From positions 1-51,263 of IMG/VR virus record IMGVR_UViG_3300032216_001421: 51,263 bases of DNA; one strand, 5' to 3'. The stretch's first letter is position 1, and each line of letters begins with the position of its first letter. The notes under the pieces are model-generated. The model did not search any database. It was not told the DNA's origin and saw nothing but the letters and a program-made list of their open reading frames with translations. Positions 44,329 through 51,263 of this stretch are shown here, one piece after another. The DNA comes from a virus. Taxonomy: Duplodnaviria > Caudoviricetes. The translations under genes and the position numbers were made by a program.

Positions 44329-46532
44329 GTTGAAGCCACCTTAACGGAAATTGGAAGGGATTTAAGTTCGGCTTTAATAGCCTTGCTAAGTTCTTGTGGT
44401 GTGACTTGTGCTCCGTGGGGTACCTTAACTTCTACTGAAACTCCGCCATAATTAATAGTAGTTCCAGAGGCGTTATTTCTTGTTTCAAGTGTACCATTTT
44501 GCGAATTAATGGTCAGGTATTGTTTGGTCATTCCAGCGGTAGTTGAACCACTATACGGTGAGGAACTATCCCCAAAACCTAAACCAGAACTAGAAGATGT
44601 CCCCCCAGACATGGCATCCTGTGCCGTATTTCCACGGAGTGTGTTTACGTCAATTTGTTGGGCAGCAGCACTTGAGGAACCAATTCCGTAGTTAGCAGTG
44701 CCTTGATACCCACCAGCGGCATGCATAATATTGCTAATTCCTGTGGTACCAGTTTTGTGGCTTAAAACTCTAGAGCAGCTAGTTACTGAGGCAAGGTCGA
44801 CACCTGTGCGTTTTACAACGTCTCCTGTATGGGGAGCTTCAATCATCATACCTTTACCCATGTATATAGCTACGTGGTGTGCGGGACGGCCCCAAAACAA
44901 TAAGTCTCCAGGTTGTGCATCTTTTGGATTAACTTGTGTTCCTACTTGTTGTTGTTCATGAGCTGTTCTCGGAATAACAATTCCAACTTTAGCCATTACA
45001 AACCGAGTAAACGAAGAACAGTCAAACCCTTGGGTGTCTCTTCCACTTCCAAAACCTACTGTAGGACCTGCGTTACTTCCGCCACCCCATGAATAGGGCA
45101 CACCTTGTTGCGTAAGGGCAATTCCAACAACCGCATTACCAGCAGCTAGATTGGCACTTCCTGTTGATGGCCCAGATACAGAGGCGCTGTGACCCAAACC
45201 AGAACTACCAGAGTGTGAGCCACTAATAATCTTCTTTGCAAGTGATGGAGCAATCATTCCAGCAAGGAATGTTAAAGCACCCACTACTGGCCCAGAAAGA
45301 CCAGCGGTTTCCGCGCCCCCTACAACTTCTGCTGCAACACCTGTTTCTGCAGCAGCAGCTCCCGCTACAGCTGCACGCGCACCAAACTTTTTTAAAAGAC
45401 CTTTAATTCCACCCGCACCAAGTACACCAGCGCCTAAAACACTAAGTACGCTTAAAGCTGATTGACCAATTCTATCTGCAGCAAGAGTTTCTGCTTTAGC
45501 TAATTGTTTTACTGCATCGTTAGCAAGTTTAGATGTTTCAAGTGTATTTGCAAGGCTTTTATTCCATTTACTTAATAAATCAGCGCCTTCAATAAACCCT
45601 TTAGACATAGCTGGGGCAGCAGCAGCTTCAGTTCCAAGTTGTGCTCCAAATAAATTTGATTGCGCTCCTTGAGCCGCTGTTGTAGCACCTGTTTTGTTTG
45701 TGCTGGAACGACTTAAATCTCCACCTTTGGCATACTGTTGAGCAGCCATTTGAAGAGCGTTTCTAAGGTCAGAGTTACCAGCAGCGGCCGCATCAAGGAA
45801 GTTTGCTAAACCATTTCCAGGTTGAAGTCCAATAGCAACTTCTTCTGGAGTTAGCTTTCTTCCAACTTGACCAGAAGCAAAATTATAAATGTCTTTAAAT
45901 ACTTCAGATGCTGGACGAGCGGCTCCGTTAGAACCACGAACGTTAATTCCAAACATACGCATGGTGTTTACACTCTGTGCGCTGTTAAGACCAACAGCAG
46001 CCCGCATAGCTGAAGTTTGGCTACCAGTTAAGTTAGATAGCTGACTTACGCCACCCATGATTCCGCCGTAACCAGGCAGTGCTCCTAGTAAGCCACCTTG
46101 TCCACCAAGGCGCATAGCCTCAAGAGCATCTGTTGCACTTGTTGCTTGACCACCACGCATGGAGGCTTGTGCCAGAGCAATAGGATTTGCAACCCCACTA
46201 AAACGGGCTTGAGAAGTAAGAAGTTGAGTGCCAAGTACTTCTTGAACCCCAGGAAGCGCTTGAGCTGCACCAGCTGCCACACCCATAGCGGTTGTTGCAA
46301 TTCGTCCAACAGTTCCCATGACACTGCTAAAGGTGCCAGAAGTGGTTACATTACCTGCACCACCATTACCGCCACCAGGACCCATTTGAGGCATACCAAA
46401 AGCTTTAAGAATTGCATTAGCTTTTTGAAGCGTTATATCAAGTTCTTTATTAAAAGCTTTTTGTTTACTAATATTTTTATCAATATTAGTAGACATTTTT
46501 TGCCCAGAAGGTAATCCCGTAGGTTCAACCAT
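44325..46532 (-). CDS. Tape measure protein with C-terminal NlpC/P60 peptidoglycan hydrolase
   Basis: Ala/Gly-rich; GVPYSWGG, GFDCS, PGDLLF, HHVAIY. Confidence 0.85.
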   Translation of the reverse strand: MVEPTGLPSGQKMSTNIDKNISKQKAFNKELDITLQKANAILKAFGMPQMGPGGGNGGAGNVTTSGTFSSVMGTVGRIATTAMGVAAGAAQALPGVQEVLGTQLLTSQARFSGVANPIALAQASMRGGQATSATDALEAMRLGGQGGLLGALPGYGGIMGGVSQLSNLTGSQTSAMRAAVGLNSAQSVNTMRMFGINVRGSNGAARPASEVFKDIYNFASGQVGRKLTPEEVAIGLQPGNGLANFLDAAAAGNSDLRNALQMAAQQYAKGGDLSRSSTNKTGATTAAQGAQSNLFGAQLGTEAAAAPAMSKGFIEGADLLSKWNKSLANTLETSKLANDAVKQLAKAETLAADRIGQSALSVLSVLGAGVLGAGGIKGLLKKFGARAAVAGAAAAETGVAAEVVGGAETAGLSGPVVGALTFLAGMIAPSLAKKIISGSHSGSSGLGHSASVSGPSTGSANLAAGNAVVGIALTQQGVPYSWGGGSNAGPTVGFGSGRDTQGFDCSSFTRFVMAKVGIVIPRTAHEQQQVGTQVNPKDAQPGDLLFWGRPAHHVAIYMGKGMMIEAPHTGDVVKRTGVDLASVTSCSRVLSHKTGTTGISNIMHAAGGYQGTANYGIGSSSAAAQQIDVNTLRGNTAQDAMSGGTSSSSGLGFGDSSSPYSGSTTAGMTKQYLTINSQNGTLETRNNASGTTINYGGVSVEVKVPHGAQVTPQELSKAIKAELKSLPISVKVAST

Positions 46533-46535
46533 GAG

Positions 46536-46691
46536 TTATCCCTTCATAAATCTTTGGGCTCTGGCGAGCCAATTTTTACGTTCTCTAAAAGACAATGAGC
46601 GGATATCCGCTAAAGTCCAACCAGTAAATGCGCGAGTTAATATTTCGTATTGGTCCAATAATTCTTCGTAGTCTTTATCGCTATAGGCGAA
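46536..46691 (-). CDS. Tail/baseplate assembly chaperone extension (gp51/GT-like), probably made by frameshift
   Basis: +1 frame open for 51 codons: FAYSDKDYEELLDQYEIL...GWTLADIRSLSFRERKNWL; no good RBS-linked start. Confidence 0.65.
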   Translation of the reverse strand, partial: FAYSDKDYEELLDQYEILTRAFTGWTLADIRSLSFRERKNWLARAQRFMKG

Positions 46692-47472
46692 AGAGAGCTA
46701 CCAGACTCAATGGAGTTTCAACTGCTTCTCCACATGCCTGACAGGTCTTGCTCACCTCCCCAAGGCGTGGACCTGGGTTTTTCTCTACAATCTCTGCAAT
46801 AAGCTTCTCACGGTCTCCCATGCCTAGCTTAAGAACTGAAGTAGCACCAGTAGAGATGTTTCCACCGATGCTTTGCACACATCCCGCTAGGAGGATAGTG
46901 CTGAGCTCTGCAGTAGTTTTATCTGTAGCTTCAATAAGGCGTTTTTGAGTAATGCCTGTGGGAAGAGATAAAACAACCGTTCCTAGCCTTGTTTCTGTTG
47001 ACCACGTTCTATCTTGAATTGGGTTTTCCAACTCTTTAATAGGAACATCATTTAACAAGTCAATTTCAACGATAGTGTCAGCTCCACATGTGCATAGGGC
47101 GCGATATTCAACAGTATTACCAAATGTAATGCGTCGAATAGCAAGCATAAGTGCGTCCCTATCTGCAGCAAGTAGGTCATCTAGGGCGTCTTTTCCTACT
47201 GGCTCATCACCAATGGAGACAACTCCTCTTTGAAGAATTGTTGATAAAGACTTTCCTAAAGAACCAGCTCTAGAGATTGCCTCTTCATCCGCACCGTTAA
47301 GCTCTTTAACTTCTGCATGTTTGAAGAGAATCCCACCTGGAGACATGTAGCCTCCAGGCAGGATAACTTCACTATCATCTGGCGCAGCAGTTTCAATTTT
47401 TACTGGCTCTTCTTTAAGAGCCTCTGAAACTAGCGCGCCTACTACTGTTGGGTCTGAACTAAGTGTTGTCAC
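46681..47472 (-). CDS. Tail/baseplate assembly chaperone (gp26-like)
   Basis: LPGG..ELNGADEE..DRD.L.LAIR..TFG; CTC, CQAC; ends LFRL; between tube and tape measure. Confidence 0.75.
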   Translation of the reverse strand: MTTLSSDPTVVGALVSEALKEEPVKIETAAPDDSEVILPGGYMSPGGILFKHAEVKELNGADEEAISRAGSLGKSLSTILQRGVVSIGDEPVGKDALDDLLAADRDALMLAIRRITFGNTVEYRALCTCGADTIVEIDLLNDVPIKELENPIQDRTWSTETRLGTVVLSLPTGITQKRLIEATDKTTAELSTILLAGCVQSIGGNISTGATSVLKLGMGDREKLIAEIVEKNPGPRLGEVSKTCQACGEAVETPLSLVALFRL

Positions 47473-47495
47473 GAATTGTGCTCCTTAAATTAGGT

Positions 47496-48083
47496 TTAGT
47501 TTACAGGTGTTGTTGGGTCGCCAACGAAACCAGCAGATAGACCTTCGTGTACAAGGGTCATCTGCTCGAACAAAATGTTCTGGTCGCCAGCGTTTAGGTC
47601 TGAGTACTGAAGTGTTGTAATCCATGCGTTATGAAGTTTGAAGTGCATTTTAGCAGAAGTTACAAGGTCATCACTTTCATCTTTGATTGCTGGATGGTCT
47701 AGTACATAGATATCTACGTTGCAACGGAAGTTACCTGATGAGTTTGAGCCTTCTCCAGCAGCAGCAGCAAAAAGCTGACGCATCCAGATAAGTCCTTGTG
47801 TATTAGTTGTGAGTGTTCCACGTTGAAGAGTTACAGGAGAGAACGTTGTCATTCCTGGAATTTGGTGAATAGTAGTGTTGTAGCCACCTTCACGGTACGG
47901 GATTGACTGAGTATTAATAGCCAAGCCAGTTACGCTAGTGAAGCCTCCAACAGCTGTTGGAACGATAGCAGGATTTGTTGCTCCTGCTTGTTTATCAGCA
48001 ATTGAGCTGAATTCTACGTAAAATTTAAAATTACGTAATGGGTCTGTCGCAATGGATGAGAAGCGACTTAGGTTTGTTGTCAT
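47496..48083 (-). CDS. Tail tube protein (T4 gp19-like)
   Basis: DPLRNFKF, GF..V.GL, YREGG, PG...F..VTL.RG, NAW, LVHEG. Confidence 0.9.
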   Translation of the reverse strand: MTTNLSRFSSIATDPLRNFKFYVEFSSIADKQAGATNPAIVPTAVGGFTSVTGLAINTQSIPYREGGYNTTIHQIPGMTTFSPVTLQRGTLTTNTQGLIWMRQLFAAAAGEGSNSSGNFRCNVDIYVLDHPAIKDESDDLVTSAKMHFKLHNAWITTLQYSDLNAGDQNILFEQMTLVHEGLSAGFVGDPTTPVN

Positions 48084-48094
48084 TTATAGGCTCC

Positions 48095-49591
48095 TTATGC
48101 CACAGTGACGGTTGCGCCGCCATCGAACTGACCGATATTGATAACTACGAACTCAGCTGGGCGCTGTAGTGCAACGCCTACCTGAATATTTACTTGACCT
48201 GCTTCTACAGTTCCAATTTGGTTATTGGTTGAGTCGCAAAGTACGAAGAATGCCTGTTGTGGAGTTGCTCCACGAAGACCGCCTTCTGCCCAAAAACTTG
48301 TTAGGAAACTGTTTACTGTTGCTGTAATACGACGATATAGAACAGTGTCATTTGGTTCAAACACAGCAAAGTTGGTGAGGTCAACAAGTGCCTTCTCCAA
48401 GTAGATGAGTGAGCGACGAACTGGAACATACATATCCGCATATCCTGGCTTCAGTGTACGAGCACCCATGATTACGATGCCAGAACCTGGGACGAACTTA
48501 ATAGCGTTAACAGGAGCCGCAGCTGAGTTAAGAGCATCAAGGTTAGCGTTGGTAAGTGATGGGACTGAAACAGCTCCAGCAATACGAACACCAATACCTG
48601 CAGGTGCCTTAAATACCCCACGAGACTTATCTGTTGCAGCATACTTTCCAACTACAGCTCCACCAGGGTTTGCAGCCGCAATGACTGTTCCAGGTGTTGA
48701 GTTAGTTGGGTCATTGATTGTAATTGCTGGGTAATAAACAGCGCCGCGAGATGTTGGGTTGTATGAGGCAGCCAAAGTAAGTTGGTTTGCCACTGTGTCA
48801 TTAATTGGGTCAATAACCACAAAAACATCTGTGCGAGCATCTGCGTAAGCAAGTAGCGTATTGATAGCTGCTGCAGTTGTGACTCCAGGAGCGTTCAAAA
48901 TAAGTGAGTTAGCTACAGTGTCAAAGGCGTTTGCTCCGTCTGCAATGTTAGCTGCTGTTGGGAATGTTCCGTTACCACCTGAAGCCAAAGCTTGATTAGT
49001 AACAACGCTTGGGTTACGTGTAACACCAGTTGCCTCTGAATTTTTATCGGTTGCAACAAGATACTTTGACTGTGAATTAATAACATTAACAGCATAACGT
49101 GCATCTATTGTTGACATGCTGATATTAGGAAAAGACTCAACTTTGTTAGCTGCGGCTGTTCCACCGTAGTAAACAGTAAGGTCAAAATAACCTGTAACTC
49201 CTGGAGAGTCTTGAACTGTTACGTTAATGTTATTTCCCCATGCACCCACATTTGCAGCATCAAGCTGCAAAGTATCTGCTGGTGAACCTGCTCGGTCCTT
49301 AAGTGTTCTGGTAGCAAGTGCTGGTGAACCAGCTACTACGCGCTTAATATATGCGGAATTTCCGCCATTAGCAAAATAAAGAAATACGGATAGTGCAAGG
49401 GTGTTATTTGTGCCCCAACTTCCGTATGTATTTGTGTACTCGCTCCATGATGTAACGAGCGTTGGTGTAACAGGGCCTCGGTCACTTGAACCGATAAACG
49501 CTGCCACAGATGTTGAATTCGCTCCAACAACAGGTGCTACTGGATTCAGGGTTTCCTGAACGTAGACTCCTGGGCGTAAATATGCTGCCAT
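48095..49591 (-). CDS. Contractile tail sheath protein
   Basis: PGVYVQE, YFANGG, GVFKAPAG, VRR, VFEPN, RPAEFV. Confidence 0.93.
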   Translation of the reverse strand: MAAYLRPGVYVQETLNPVAPVVGANSTSVAAFIGSSDRGPVTPTLVTSWSEYTNTYGSWGTNNTLALSVFLYFANGGNSAYIKRVVAGSPALATRTLKDRAGSPADTLQLDAANVGAWGNNINVTVQDSPGVTGYFDLTVYYGGTAAANKVESFPNISMSTIDARYAVNVINSQSKYLVATDKNSEATGVTRNPSVVTNQALASGGNGTFPTAANIADGANAFDTVANSLILNAPGVTTAAAINTLLAYADARTDVFVVIDPINDTVANQLTLAASYNPTSRGAVYYPAITINDPTNSTPGTVIAAANPGGAVVGKYAATDKSRGVFKAPAGIGVRIAGAVSVPSLTNANLDALNSAAAPVNAIKFVPGSGIVIMGARTLKPGYADMYVPVRRSLIYLEKALVDLTNFAVFEPNDTVLYRRITATVNSFLTSFWAEGGLRGATPQQAFFVLCDSTNNQIGTVEAGQVNIQVGVALQRPAEFVVINIGQFDGGATVTVA

Positions 49592-49593
49592 TA

Positions 49594-50226
49594 TTAATCT
49601 CCTTGAGTTAGGTGTGTAACAGGTGTGAGACCAGCTGGGATATCAGTTTTAATCCGATTTATTTCAACAGTTTGTACGGTGGATAGGGCGTTGCCAGCAG
49701 CAAATGGTGTCATTTCGCTAACAACTCTTACAGTATAGGTGTTTCTAAATAAACGCCTACCATCCTCAATCATGTCTCGTTTTACGAAACCGTCGAGAAA
49801 CATATGTCGGTAACCACTCTCTGTACCTAAAGCATTAGGTATTTGAAGGCTTCCATATTGAGCTGGAAATCTATGTTGCATTTGAAAAAGAATTGCGCGG
49901 TCATGGCGTGGATTACGCGCATATGAAGACACTTGATATACAAGGTCATAAGGAACTGGCATATCGTAACCAAAAACCCGATTAGTTACTGGAGCAACAG
50001 TGCCTATATTATCGGAATCGTACATACGTCCAGTTGTTTGACGTTCTTTAGCAACACGAATGTCGATAAGTTCAAGCGTCATATACGGGTATGTTCCCAC
50101 AGTAATTTCAACGTCTGGGTATCCAAAGAAAACTTTAACTGGACGAACTGGTGCTTTTTCATCAGAGACGGTTAGTCCGCCCAAATAGTTTTTTAAAGCA
50201 GAATCTTCAGCAAGGATAAATGTCAT
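49594..50226 (-). CDS. Tail terminator/completion protein
   Basis: YPY.TL.LIDI, P.PYDL.YQV; directly upstream of the sheath gene. Confidence 0.65.
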   Translation of the reverse strand: MTFILAEDSALKNYLGGLTVSDEKAPVRPVKVFFGYPDVEITVGTYPYMTLELIDIRVAKERQTTGRMYDSDNIGTVAPVTNRVFGYDMPVPYDLVYQVSSYARNPRHDRAILFQMQHRFPAQYGSLQIPNALGTESGYRHMFLDGFVKRDMIEDGRRLFRNTYTVRVVSEMTPFAAGNALSTVQTVEINRIKTDIPAGLTPVTHLTQGD

Positions 50227-50543
50227 TCAAATGCCCCCAAACGACTAGCAATATCTTCAAAGGCTGATTCAAAGATGTCATTTGTTCCATCTGTATGGTC
50301 AGCCATAAATATGCGGATTACAGCATTAGGTGGGGTTGTAGGGGTGCCATATTCAAGGTCATCTACTTGGCCCGCAATATTAGGTGGGTAGTTAATGTAC
50401 AAATCCCCGTCTTGCTCTTCAACAGTCATCTGCATAACAATTTCAGAAGGCCAACCAGCATCGAGGGCTGCTTGACGAAATTGTGGGGTCAAACGCTCAG
50501 CTGCTTGTACAAGCGCTTTATTTGATAGGTCATTAATGTTCAT
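50223..50543 (-). CDS. Hypothetical neck/head-tail protein
   Basis: AGWP...LEYG..PP..VIR.F; ATG 50543 in ATGA overlap. Confidence 0.65.
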   Translation of the reverse strand: MNINDLSNKALVQAAERLTPQFRQAALDAGWPSEIVMQMTVEEQDGDLYINYPPNIAGQVDDLEYGTPTTPPNAVIRIFMADHTDGTNDIFESAFEDIASRLGAFE

Positions 50544-50665
50544 TTGCGAAGCAGCCGCCAAAGAGCTGCTGCGAGGATACCGTGGGCGAGTGTGTGCTTA
50601 TCAGGGGCAGATAAAAACGCGCCTTCAGCAAACTCTTTTTCAGAGGGCTTATCAATTTCAGCCAT
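50540..50665 (-). CDS. Microprotein, 41 aa (not in ORF track)
   Basis: GGAG RBS; MAEIDKPSEKEF...LWRLLRK. Confidence 0.6.
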   Translation of the reverse strand: MAEIDKPSEKEFAEGAFLSAPDKHTLAHGILAAALWRLLRK

Positions 50666-50730
50666 GGCAAAACTCCAAGGGTACTTCGCAGGGGTAAAAC
50701 TTTGAATCCGCACGGATTCCCCTAAAGTAT

Positions 50731-50758
50731 AAAGGGCCCCCTATTTCTAGGGGGCCCT
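50731..50758 (-). terminator. Rho-independent terminator overlapping a TATACT -10 element
   Basis: AGGGCCCCCTA-GAAA-TAGGGGGCCCT-TT-ATACT. Confidence 0.8.
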
Positions 50759-50773
50759 AACTACTAAGTAGTT

Positions 50774-50965
50774 TTACTTCTTCTTAATCTTCTTTGCTAG
50801 TGCCTTGTCCATCTTCATATCTGCCTTGGCAGATGGCTTCTTCTTATCCATCTTCTTATCTTCAGCCTTAAACTTGTTCTTTTGGGCAGGGGTCATGCCC
50901 TTCATTACTTTAGCGTCTTGCTTCTTGTCAGCTTTCTTTGACATACATCCACAGGTAGCGCACAT
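50774..50965 (-). CDS. Lys-rich small protein with N-terminal MCATCGC
   Basis: About one-third Lys; AAGGG RBS. Confidence 0.75.
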   Translation of the reverse strand: MCATCGCMSKKADKKQDAKVMKGMTPAQKNKFKAEDKKMDKKKPSAKADMKMDKALAKKIKKK

Positions 50966-50966
50966 A

Positions 50967-51107
50967 TTACATGCCCTTCTTTCTATTCATTGATTTAGTT
51001 TGAGCCTTGCCTTTTTTAAGCGCCTTAAAATCTGCGCCAGTAATCTTACCCTTAGGAGCAGCTGCTCCAGCAATCTTCTTCTGCTTTGGTGATAGTTCTT
51101 TAGCCAT
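50967..51107 (-). CDS. Lys-rich microprotein, 46 aa (not in ORF track)
   Basis: MAKELSPKQKKIAGAAAPKGKITGADFKALKKGK...; TAATG junction. Confidence 0.7.
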   Translation of the reverse strand: MAKELSPKQKKIAGAAAPKGKITGADFKALKKGKAQTKSMNRKKGM

Positions 51108-51208
51108 TACTTTGTCTTCTTTCTAGCTGCTTTGCAAGTAGCACAAGTGCACTTACATCCTTTTGCTGGCTTTCCAGCCTTACATCCACATCCACACTTA
51201 GCGCACAT
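51107..51208 (-). CDS. Metallothionein-like Cys/Lys-rich microprotein, 33 aa (not in ORF track)
   Basis: MCAKCGCGCKAGKPAKGCKCTCATCKAARKKTK, 8 Cys. Confidence 0.7.
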   Translation of the reverse strand: MCAKCGCGCKAGKPAKGCKCTCATCKAARKKTK

Positions 51209-51263
51209 TATTTCTTACCCTTCTGAGCCATCTTTTCCATCTTCTTAACGCCATACTTCTTGA
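51208..51263 (-). CDS. 3' end of a Lys-rich protein (truncated by window edge)
   Basis: ...KKYGVKKMEKMAQKGKK-stop. Confidence 0.55.
   Translation of the reverse strand, partial: KKYGVKKMEKMAQKGKK

Noticed and set aside
36435-50226. Tail module as a stand-alone extracellular contractile injection system
   Set aside because: It is contiguous with a full phage replication module and early genes; no eCIS ATPase or toxin cargo seen.
8303-50993. Numerous + strand ORFs in the track opposite the - strand genes (e.g. 43912-44451, 32252-32701)
   Set aside because: Antisense shadows of well-supported genes, without RBS or recognisable motifs.
1-51263. tRNA, rRNA, integrase or transposase genes
   Set aside because: No cloverleaf with T-loop consensus and no recombinase motifs recognised by eye; tRNAscan-SE or ARAGORN would be needed to exclude tRNAs formally.

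Overview
A 51 kb segment of a large tailed dsDNA phage with a contractile (myovirus-type) tail. The host is most likely an actinobacterium, judged from a WhiB gene and many leaderless TANNNT promoters. Layout: (1) 1-8093, + strand: an early/host-takeover arm of small acidic or Cys-rich genes, including DUF932, an ArdA-like antirestriction protein and a secreted S8 protease. Two non-coding gaps in this arm carry three back-to-back pairs of perfect DnaA boxes and two copies of an ~85 bp inverted-repeat element. (2) A bidirectional terminator at ~8.1 kb. (3) 8136-51263, all on the - strand: class II RNR; a nucleotidyltransferase/HAD-like/TGT-like trio; an operon of small basic proteins; metallophosphoesterase; SpoVS; recombination and replication genes (two Hjc-like nucleases, Cas4-like exonuclease, WhiB, RecA, family A polymerase, SSB, SNF2 helicase, dNMP kinase, primase, DnaB, DnaC-like loader, HTH initiator); and a tail/baseplate module. 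Most notable: DnaA-box pairs each exactly 13 bp from a -35-like hexamer; a prfB-like +1 frameshift cassette (GGAG-TAT-CCC-TGA-C); an apparently dead TGT/DpdA-fold and HAD-fold pair beside an intact nucleotidyltransferase; and a baseplate spike with a His-rich insertion inside its OB fold. All calls are from motif recognition by eye; no searches were run.
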